From Podarcis muralis (taxonomy: Eukaryota), in the NCBI RefSeq assembly GCF_964188315.1, contig NC_135657.1, positions 111,166,001 through 111,230,000 on the forward strand: a DNA stretch of 64,000 nucleotides, read 5' to 3'. The notes under the pieces are model-generated. The model saw nothing but the letters and a program-made list of their open reading frames with translations, did not search any database and had not been told where the DNA came from. The position numbers and the translations under genes were made by a program. Below are positions 36,194-46,710 of this stretch, one piece after another; the stretch's first letter is position 1, and the number at the start of each line of letters is the position of its first letter.

Positions 36194-37228
36194 TAGACCC
36201 CATGTGAGCTTTTCTAGAGAAGCAATTCTGCAGCTGCAGTCCTGAGGCCCCTTCCTTGGTATCACCTATTCCCAACTTCACTTGATGAGACCCCTGGAGC
36301 AGAGCCTTTGTAGAGGATCTTAAAATTTGGATAGGCTTGCACAGGAGGAGATGATCTTTCAGCTAACATAGTCTCAAGCCATTTAAGGCTTTATTGGTTA
36401 AAAACAGCATTATAAATTGGGCCTGGAAACGGACTGGGAGTCAATGCAATTAATAAAGCACTGGCATAATGCCTCACCAAGTTCAAAGTTTTGTGTCCCT
36501 GTTTTGAAACAATTTCAGTTTCTGGATTGTTTTTAAAGGCAGCCCCATATATAATACACTGTCATAGTCTTAAGTGGCAGGTTACCAAAGCCTGGATAAT
36601 TGGATAAGCTATCCTCATCCAGGTATAGGTATAGGTTTATTAGCTGGAGCTGACTGAAGCTACTTTGAGCCAGAGAAGCTACTCAGTGTTGGAACAGAAA
36701 ACACACCCAAACTGTGAATCTGGTCCTTTAGGGGACTGAGCACAATCACCATACCTCTCCCTACCTGAAACTGCTCTTATAGGGGCATCTCTATTCATCT
36801 CCCCAGGTCCATCAAATCACTCTGTACGTAATGAAAACCATAAACCAAGAGCATTTAAATAACATACAGTTAAAAAGGGCAATGAGTTGAAAATAATGCT
36901 ATGCAACAAATAATACCACGCAGAAAAGAGTTTCCAAAACAAAATCATAACCAGAGAGACGTGAAACAACAAAATGACAGTGTTGGTTTCTATTGGCTCT
37001 ACGGTGATACTCATATCCTAGTCAGCACTTTGGCTGCTTGTGTGTTGTGTAAACTCAAATTCAGAACAGGGAAATTGGTAAAAATGACTGTCCTCTTCTG
37101 TTAGCAGAGGTGTCTGCTTGATGAAAAAGAACACAGTTTGATTCAACTGAAGATGTGTTTAGATTTTAATGGCTGGTGCACCTGTGAATCATTTTGAATA
37201 TCAGGTTTAAAACCCAACAACTTTATAC

Positions 37229-37230
<2 letters not shown>

Positions 37231-37261
<31 letters not shown>

Positions 37262-37262
37262 T
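37231..37262. repeat. (CTTT)n microsatellite in the exon 14 polypyrimidine tract
   Basis: Eight CTTT units ending 11 nt before the exon 14 start. Confidence 0.95.
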
Positions 37263-37273
37263 ACTGATTTCAG

Positions 37274-37409
37274 AGTCTTTCAGCTAATTTCTTTGATGGA
37301 TGCCCAGTTACCCCGCTCTAGCAATGAGAAAGTGGAACTTGCCATACTCTGGTTTTTGGATCAGTTCCGTAAAACTTACGTAGGAGATCAGCTCCAGCGC
37401 ACCTCAAAG
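37274..37409 (+). CDS. RANBP17: RANBP17 exon 14 (last recognisable canonical exon in the window)
   Basis: ttcAG|VFQLISLMDAQLPRSSNEKVELAILWFLDQFRKTYVGDQLQRTSK|GTaagt; 136 nt, ends in phase 0. Confidence 0.97.
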
Positions 37410-39073
37410 GTAAGTGTTTCCCTTACACAATTTAATTTTATACAGAAAAGCCTGTTGTTGTTAGATATGTGTGTTGTGGGGAGAATTGATCCTGAACCAA
37501 AGAGTTTGCGTGTGCTCTTTCACTAAATAAGCAGCCCAGCTCATTTTAGTAGAGAGAGATTATCTGCTATTTAGTTCATTGAAAGTAAATTGGGAAGCTG
37601 TTTGGGCAAAGGAGCTGAAGCTGCTGTTCATGGAACGGAGTGTGGAACTGGTGCGACTAGACTGCAGATGAATGTGATTTTTATCTCTTGACGTATTTTC
37701 TGTATTTGTAGTCAAGTTCATTTCAGGGTGCTGTATGAAAGTACTTCACTTTTTCAACAGTTGTATTCATTAAACAGTTTGATATTACATTGCATTTTGT
37801 CTTTTATTTCAAGCATTTAACAGAGTTTGCTATATTGTATTATATTTCACAGCTGGGTATGCAGGATTTATACTTTTAATAGTTCTGTCCTTTTGACAGT
37901 TACTCATTTATTCGGTTTCTACTGAATTTCTCACACTACTTGGCTTTTCCTTCATTTTGACTAGAGAAGAAAGAAATAGTAAGACACATTCTTTAAGGAA
38001 AAAGTACCGGTAGTTAATTCCTCCTAACTTAAGGGGACACTCCCAATACAGATATTATACCGAGCTGATCAGCTGATGTTGAGAAAGATTGAAATAGTTT
38101 TTGCTGCTTCTCCAAAGCAAATATTTAGCAGGAAGACAGTGATGAAAGACTAGACACAGCAACTGGACTTTCTGATTACCAGATCAGTATCATGGTTTTT
38201 ATTTTCCCCTTTTGGTGTACTCCTCTTTTTAGAGATACTTAATGTTGAGTTCCGTGAAGAAAAAAATAAATTAAATTGTGTACGTGGACACTCAGAGTGG
38301 GGACAGGGGTGCACACACAATCCACATCCCCAGGGTGGTCCTCCATAGTCACCGACCTTTGCCTTGTTGTGTGGGAATGGTCTTTGAGGGGCCTCTGCTT
38401 GTGTTTACTTGAAGCCGGGTTGCTGATCACATGGAGGAGTGTAGTCTCATTCAAGCAAATGTGAGCAGAAACTCCCTGCAGACTTTTCCTATACAACACA
38501 AGAGAAGGCAGAGAACTGACCGTGTATGTGCAATGCAGGCAAGGATGTTTGGGACTGGTCTTATAGATGCACCCCTGTCTGCGCTCATAGATTTTGTGTG
38601 TTTAGGCAAATTCCTGAACACAGAACGTGTTTCTGTTTTGAGATGTGAACAGTGGCAAACATTTGCTGGTCCTTGACTGTGGCAGTAAAGATTTGATAGT
38701 GACCAACTATAAAATTCCTCTTCCTGTTGTTGAAGAAGTCTAGGCTGTTGCAAGCTTGTCTAGTTGGAAGTACGTTTTTTCTAATGCTTTAATTTTTGTA
38801 GTTTCTTTTGGCTATTTTTGTTTTCACCTGATGTCATCAAACTGAGAATTGATATTGCTGAAGAGCACATTAGTTTCATTAAAAGGAAACAATCATATAA
38901 TGAGGCAAAGCAGTAGTCTGTGAAGCCCTCGGCTGCCCTCTCTGCTTTGTTGCATATGCACCCTCACTTTCCTAGGTCTGGGCATATTTACCCTGCTGCC
39001 ACAGCTCCTGTTTAACCAAGTGTACCTTACCTACTTAAAAAGATCGATAGAAAGTTATGTTTTAATCAGAGTA

Positions 39074-39414
39074 AGGTAAAGGGTAAAGGGACCACTGACC
39101 ATTAGGTCCAGTCGTGGCCAACTCTGGGGTTGCGTCACTCATCTCGCTTTATTGGCCGAGGGAGCCGGCGTACAGCTTCCGAGTCATGTGGCCAGCATGG
39201 CGAACCAGAGCAGCACACGGAAACGCCGTTTACCTTCCCACCGGAGCGGTACCTATTTATCTACTTGCACTTTGACGTGCTTTCAAACTGCTAGGTTGGC
39301 AGGAGCAGGGACCGAGCAATGGGAGCTCACCCTGTTGCGGGGATTCGAACTGCCGACCTTCTGATCGGCAAGCCCTAGGCTCTGTGGTTTAACCCACAGC
39401 GCCACCCGCGTCCC
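39074..39414 (-). mobile_element. Sauria SINE, full length
   Basis: 13-bp TSD TTTAATCAGAGTA (39061-39073, 39416-39428). Confidence 0.93.
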
Positions 39415-41813
39415 ATTTAATCAGAGTAGATCCACTGAAATGAATGGACCTAAGTTGGTCATGTTCATTAATTACAATGGGTCTACTCTGAGTAAAATGC
39501 CTTCAGAGAACCCTATCTACATTGATTTCTTAGAGGAACACTGTGTGCCTGCTGTGGCCTCCCTTTAGATAGGATGCACTGTAAAGGATATTGGGTGATA
39601 TTGGATAACTTCCAAGTGCTGATCAGCCTAGAATCATAGAATTGAAGAGTTGGAAGGTACTCACAGGGTCAACTAGTCCAATCCCCTGCAATGCAGGAAT
39701 AATCCGGTATGCTTAACATTACCCTAGCTGGACGGTGGCAGACCTAACACATCCCTGTGGGTGCAAATTGCAAGGGAAAGTGGGTGGTGGTAGATAAGCA
39801 GTTTTTAGGGGTTCTAGTCCATTGTTACTCACTGATTCTTCCCTTGGATAATGAAAGAGGATCCCAAAGACAGATCTAGTCCAGTATCCTGTTTCTGATA
39901 GTGGTGAAGAAGATGCCTAATGGAAGTCCACAAGCAGTATTTGAGGGCAAGAGGCCTCTTCTGTTATTTCCCTTCAGCAGCTGGTATTCAGGGGCAATCT
40001 ACTTCTGAATATAGCCAGGATCAAGTTGCTTTGTGATCCAGGTTCACCAGAATAAAACTTCACCACCACACTGTGAATCAGTATTGGATCCTTTACACAA
40101 TCCAGTTCAGCATGGACCTGTGAAAGGATGAGAGAACTTGTCTTGTAAATCTATTCTGAATATAGTGTTTCTCAGATTTGGCAGGCAATAGAGGTGTGTA
40201 GTTGTGGGATGGTGGGATTGAATAACAAAACCCTGGTCCTTTCTTTGAATGTCTGGGTTTAACGTTTCTGGGATAAAATGAAACGATATGATCGCTAAAG
40301 CATTTTTTTTGTTAAACTAAAGGCCCAGTTATGTCTTTGTTTTTTTCTCTCCCCCTGCTATAGCAGCAACTGTAGCAGCAGATGGCATTATATCCCTACA
40401 GTAAATCCTCTGCTATATATTGCCTGCATAGATACACTCTTATTGATTAGAAGGATTCATGTTTGGAAACAGAAGTAAAGAGAGATTTAAAAACGGATCT
40501 AGTTAAGATGACAACCATTTATATGGCTATTGAAAGTAGCTTAAATTAACTGAAAGTGATATTTATAAATTTGATAAAAGGATTGTCTGTGTTCTTCGAC
40601 CTCATTGAGACACTGCTGGGGATCCTTTTTAAGCTGAACTTTGACAGATTTTTTTTTTTTAAGATGCATTTTGTTAGCAACTGATAAGGGGAGGCTTAGT
40701 ATCCAGTTTAACCAAAGAAGCCACAAGGTCATGCTTTCCCTAATATAGCAAACACTTTATTATGCTTGCTGCAAATCTGGAGGGTTTGGAGAATGCTAAC
40801 AAATGTCCTGCTCTGAATACTGCAGTGGGGAGTTCTAAAAATAGCGTATATCTAGGCTGTACTTGGTTGTACAAAGGGCCAAGTTGCAAATGTTTGACTA
40901 ACCATGCAACCAGTCAATGAGCATTCTTTCAAATAGCTATGCTCAGACGCATAGGTGGAAAACTGTGGCGCTGTAATGCTATAGAACATACGCTGTGTGT
41001 ACCTTTTCCTGCATGTAGATCTTTAATTTGTTAACCTTTACATCTGTATTTTCTCCCATGCACATTATACACGTTCTTTATTTATTTATTTTATTTAATG
41101 TGGTTATTTCATTCTGTTGGGGAAATATAAGCAGTAGGGAATGATCAGAAGCCCAAGTGGGGAAAGACTCCCTCTGTTCTATGTATTACACATTTATATT
41201 GTTATGGTTTTTAATGATATTTATGAGATTGCATTTCAGCATAATGTGCTCCCCAAGTAGCGCTTGGTGAAAAAGAGAGGGAAGGAATCAAAAATATTCA
41301 ATTGACTGTGGATGTTTTCTCTCTTCAGGGCACCAGGTTTATCCTTCCATTTAATTGCCCTCTGCTTTATGCAGGAAATAAATGACCTTGCAGGGGTAAC
41401 GGAGAAATATATGTCTTGAAGATTAACAGTGGAGAGAAAATATTTACATTTGTCCCTTATAGTTAGAGGCATTGATAATAAGCACTCTCAACAATGCTTA
41501 GATTATTTCAGTTTGGAGTGTTTAACAACCTATAAGATTTAATCCAACTACGGTAAGTCATACTTAGAGTAAACCAACTGAAATCAATGTGTATGATTAA
41601 CATTAGACCATTGATTTCAATGAGTGGTACTCAGTGCTAGTCCAACTCTGAGTGGACCCATTGAAGTAAGCGAGCATGACTAATTTAGGTTCATTAATTT
41701 CAGTAGTTCTACTCTGAGTAAGATTTCGTTGAATACAATCCAGTGGTTTTATTCTGAGTTACGCTTTACTTGGATACAACCCACAGATTTTGGAGATGAG
41801 TATAACCAGTTGT

Positions 41814-42169
41814 GGGACGTGGGTGGCGCTGTGGGTTAAACCACTGAGCCTAGGACTTGCCAATCAGAAGGTCGGCGGTTCGAATCCCCGCAACAGGGTG
41901 AGCTCCCGTTGCTCGGTCCCTGCTCCTGCCAACCTAGCAGTTCGAAAGCATGTCAAAGTGCAAGTAGATAAATAGGTACCGCTCCAGCGGGAAGGTAAAC
42001 GGCGTTTCCGTGCGCTGCTCTGGTTTGCCAGAAGCAGCTTAGTCATGCTGGCCACATGACCCGGAAGCTGTACGCCAGTTCCCTCAGCCAATAAAGCGAG
42101 ATGAGCGCCGCAACCCCAGAGTTGGCCACGACTTTACCTAATGGTCAGGGGTCCCTTTACCTTTACCTT
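41814..42169 (+). mobile_element. Sauria SINE, full length
   Basis: 13-bp TSD TATAACCAGTTGT (41801-41813, 42170-42182); A and B boxes intact. Confidence 0.95.
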
Positions 42170-42498
42170 TATAACCAGTTGTAGGAACTGAAATAGCTTT
42201 AAAAGCCAGAACGATCATTGGTGATGCAATAGAATTGGTTTAAATACTACATATTGTTACCTATGCTCACCTATAGCCATAACTGTTTGTAAGGAATGCA
42301 CATCATAATTTAATTTGACCATAGATGGCTATTAAACAGCTTTCCTCATATTTTCATTTATTTTAATATAAAGGGCTTAAAATTACTATATAAAAATTAG
42401 AAACAACACACCCTTATCTTAGGCTTTCAATTTGAATATAGTCTCCTTTGGAATGTGATTTAAAGGGCATGAGTGATTGTCCTGTCCGCAGTATTGCA

Positions 42499-42843
42499 GC
42501 TGGTGGCGCTGTGGTCTAAATCACTGAGCCTCTTTGGGCTTGCCGATCGGGTGAGCTCCTGTTGCTCTGTCCCAGCTCCTGCCAACCTAGCAGCTTGAAA
42601 GCACACCAGCGCAAGTAGATAAATAGGTACCACTGTAGCGGGAAGGTAAACAGCATTTCCATGTGCTCTGGCACTTGTCATGGTGTCCTGTTGCGCCAGA
42701 AGCGGTATAGTCATGCTAGCCACATGACTCGGAAAGCTGTCTGTGGACAAACGCCGGCTCCCTCGGCCTGAAGCAAGATGAGCGGTGCACCCCATAGTTG
42801 CCTTTGACTGGACTTAACCATCCAGGGGTTCTTTACCCTTTTT
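42499..42843 (+). mobile_element. Sauria SINE, divergent subfamily
   Basis: Shares core blocks (CCTGCCAACCTAGCAG, CAAGTAGATAAATAGGTACC); B-box region deleted; different central insert; no TSD seen. Confidence 0.8.
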
Positions 42844-43604
42844 AAAACCTATGTTGAATCAGTCCATCTGCTAAAAAATATGAAGACCAGATTCTCCCTG
42901 ATCCATAAGACTGGAACCTGTTTTATGTGTTTGAATCCTCTGAATTGCTATTTTGTTTGTTTTTATATACTTTTACTGCTGTTTTGTTTTAGGCTGCACT
43001 TTTGTTTTCGTTTTAATAATATATATCTATCATTACAGTGCATCACTTAGAGATTTTTGAAATACTAAGTATTACTATCTATCTATAAATACTATCTAAA
43101 TACTATCTATCTATAAATGCTGATAGATAGATAGACAGACAGACAGATAGCAATGTTGAGAGGCGTTTTCATTCCCCATTTTGGTCTACATGTTTTGGTA
43201 TGGATTGCACAGCATTATCAAATGCCAAGATTAGTCTTGTTTTTGCAGTTAGTGTCATTCTGTTAGGCTGAAGATCTGTGGTCGTATAGCTTGACACAGA
43301 TAGGATGGTTGCTTCTTCTTCACAAATTGCATCTTCCAACACTCAAGACGGTCTCATAGTTTTGCTAGTTGTATTGACGCTAGTCGTAGACTGAATGGTT
43401 GACAAGGCTTATTCATCCTGGTGATCCTTTTAAACTCTTATTTGCGAGAGGGAGCTTGCTGTTGGTGTTCTAGAACCAACTGAGCATGTTCTGAAACCTG
43501 TTGAGTGTTGAAATGACTTGTGTGTTCTCGTTTATGCAGATGGGGCTCAATTTTTGTTTCCAAAACAAGGCAAAGCTTTATTAGGCTGCACGCAGTGTGT
43601 AGAT

Positions 43605-43782
43605 CAGGGATATCCAACTTCTAAGAGACTGCAATCTACTCCCACTAAAAAACACCAACAGTGATCTACCCATTGTATTGACCAGAGTTCTTGAGCTTTT
43701 GGGGGGGGGCAGGGTCCCGTGATCGACCAGAGACACCCTGCGATCGACCAATAGATCACAATCAACCTGTTCGACATCCCTG
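43605..43782. mobile_element. hAT MITE
   Basis: CAGGGATATCCAAC ... GTTCGACATCCCTG; perfect 8-bp TSD GTGTAGAT (43597-43604, 43783-43790). Confidence 0.88.
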
Positions 43783-43790
43783 GTGTAGAT

Positions 43791-44070
43791 CAGTGGTGGG
43801 GGACCTCGGGCCCAGAGTTTGAATGTGGCCCACTAGGCGCCACTGTCTAGCTCTTGCAATTCTCCCCAGGTCACAGCTTCTGTGACTTGGCTTTGCACTG
43901 CCAAATATTTTTGCCTGGCTGGAATGTGTCCTTCAATTCTGGTAACGCCTCTTACTTTTCTGGATGTGAATAAAGAGAGGCATGTGAAAGTACATAGAAG
44001 CTAGCCTACTGCACAAATGTAATATTTACATTCATTGCTCTGCCCCCTTTTCTCCTGATTGTGGCCCTTG
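43791..44070. mobile_element. Second, older hAT-like element abutting the previous one
   Basis: Begins CAGTGGTGGGGACCTCGGGCCC immediately after the TSD; TGTGGCCC subterminal motifs; right end uncertain. Confidence 0.5.
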
Positions 44071-45340
44071 GGCTGAGCATGATTTGGAAGACCAAGGATC
44101 TACAGTACATTGTTTCTGTGAAGAGGTGCTATAAAGCAAAGACGAATCTGTGAAACATAATTATTGCAAAGGATATTTGGAGCAGGGGTAGAGTTTTTTG
44201 GAAAATAATCCTAGAAAGAACCCCCCAGTGCAGGTGACTTAGAAGGGAAATTGTTAGTAATCCCTCACTCCAAAAATATAGAGACATTGAGAAAGTTGGT
44301 GATTGTTTCCTGGAAAGAACAACTAAGTATTTTAATTATAATTCCTGTATTAATCTCACTTCCTTGTGTGCAGTTTCTATCTGTGCTTGATAATTGCGGA
44401 ATAAAACTACAAAATATAGGAACATAAATGTACAGTATGTTAAAGAAAATTTTCTTTCTTTATCAGTGCAAGTTTAATATTGCAAACAGAATCTGTATAT
44501 ATTCTGGCAATTTACTTTATTTGGAACTGGAATGGTTTAAAATAAAAAAATTGCTCATTATTGTGCCTCTAGTTTTCTTGTTAATCCTAGTTTATAAAAT
44601 ACTGTATTTTTGCAAGGCTACAGAAGTGACTTTATACTAAACTTAACATTTCTAATATTTTTGCAGTGCATTTCACAGTGTATACAAATGCATTTGCTTC
44701 ATTGGGACTAGAAGAATTGAACATATATGGTTCACATTGTAATCAGGGATTTGTACTTTTAGTGGTTAATTACATTAAAATGTGTGTTCAATTTTTATTT
44801 TTAATGAGCTGAGCAGAAATATACCTCATTTTATTACTGGAAAGTAAAGGATTGCTGTTCTGACAGGTGGTGGAAATTAGCAGGCATTTTTGAAATTGTG
44901 TTGTGTGACCAGGAATTGGATCTCATTTTAATTCATCTTTTCTCAACTGGTAAATGAGGTTAATGCCATACATATTCAGCTGATATGGATGAAGAAATTG
45001 ATATAAAGTAGATCAAGATAGCTAGAGGGCTGCTTTAATTTATAGGTAAAGAGGCAGTGATAAATGGAAGCAATGTAGTAGTGGTCACTAAACTGCTCAG
45101 CCATGAGGGCTTAAATAGCGTTAGCTGCTCATTAAAGGTATTGTCAGGATGCAACAAACAGGAATGTGAAAAGGAATAGCCAACTAATCCTTAATTATCA
45201 AAATACAGAAAATACTAATTATATCTTAATTAGTTTTTCTCTTAATGTACTGAAATTGTTACTTTTTGTGTAGCACAAATGGATAGTTATATCAACAATA
45301 AATAGGTTGTTTTAATAACTTTCTTGTACCTCCTGGGAAA

Positions 45341-45511
45341 NNNNNNNNNNNNNNNNNNNNNNNNNNNNNNNNNNNNNNNNNNNNNNNNNNNNNNNNNNNN
45401 NNNNNNNNNNNNNNNNNNNNNNNNNNNNNNNNNNNNNNNNNNNNNNNNNNNNNNNNNNNNNNNNNNNNNNNNNNNNNNNNNNNNNNNNNNNNNNNNNNNN
45501 NNNNNNNNNNN
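45341..45511. other. Assembly gap (171 N)
   Basis: Run of N. Confidence 1.
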
Positions 45512-46467
45512 CCTCTCATTTAACTTTAACATTTAGAGTTTACAGAAGAATTTTAACAAATAATGGGTTCAGTTGTGCCCCCGAATGTTTTAGGGAAGGG
45601 CTGTTGAGATCGCTACATTAGTTTTAAAGTAGGGCTTTTAGGGTTCTTGGCCAAAGTAGGTGAAACTTCACAGAGGTATGACAATGATAAAGATATGTTG
45701 GAGTCCAGTTTTATAACGTATTGATTACCAAAGTACCCAACTGTACGTGAGCTGTTATTTAGGGTCAAGAGAAAGAATAGCTGGGATGAACAGATACATT
45801 TTGTACAGCTGTACTTCCACACACATGAAGTGAACATTGGGCTCACATGGCCCCCCATCCCCGGACTTCGTTTGCTCAGATGAACTTGATTCCATAGTTC
45901 GCTGTTACATCTGAAACAGTGGACTATGGCACTTACCCTCTTAATCAGAATAGGAAACCACATTCAACATTGGAGTGTACGAACCTACATGCTGGCAAAT
46001 ACATCTCACATTGCATTTATGTATGTATGGCTGCCATGGACTACCTCCCAAATGTTGGTTCAAGTAGTGTAAAGAACTCATATGCTCAGTCCTCCTGTTG
46101 CATTGTGGCTTGGCTTGTTTTATACCATATCACACCATTGGCCCATTGATCTTGGTACTGTCAACACTGACTGGCAGCGACTCCTCAGGGGTTTCAGGTA
46201 GGAGCTTTTCCCAGCCTTAGCTGAAGATTGAACCTGGAAGTACTGGCTGTTTTGAATGAGAGGTGAAAAAGTCCCGTTTCCAGACAGTTGTACTAAAGAC
46301 TTTGCGGTGCACTGTTTACCATATCTAGTTTTCTGTGTGTTACAGAAGTACCATAATTTTTAAAGGCCCATAAGTAAAGGGGAGGCAACCAAGTGTCATT
46401 TTATATATCACTATTAAAAATGGATTTAACCATGTTATTCTATAATGTGGCTATAGTCATGATGATG

Positions 46468-46710
46468 GAGGAGGAGTTTGGATTTGATATCCTGCTTTAT
46501 CACTACCCGAAGGAGTCTCAAATCGGCTAACAAGTTCCTTTCCCTTCCTCCCCCACAACAAACACTCTGTGAGGTGAGTGAGCTGAGAGACTTCAGATAA
46601 GTGTGACTAGCCCAAGGTAACCCAGCAGCTGCATGTGGAGGAGCAGGGATGCGAACCCGGTTCACCAGATTACGAGTCCACTGCTGTTAACCACTACACC
46701 ACACTGGCTC
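46468..46710 (-). mobile_element. Squam3-type tRNA-derived SINE
   Basis: Minus strand starts GAGCCAGTGTGGTGTAGTGGTTAA...GGGTTCGCATCC (A and B boxes) and ends ATATCAAATCCAAACTCCTCCTC. Confidence 0.8.

Noticed and set aside
45287-45536. ORFs spanning N runs (also 59560-59928)
   Set aside because: Artefacts of translating assembly gaps.
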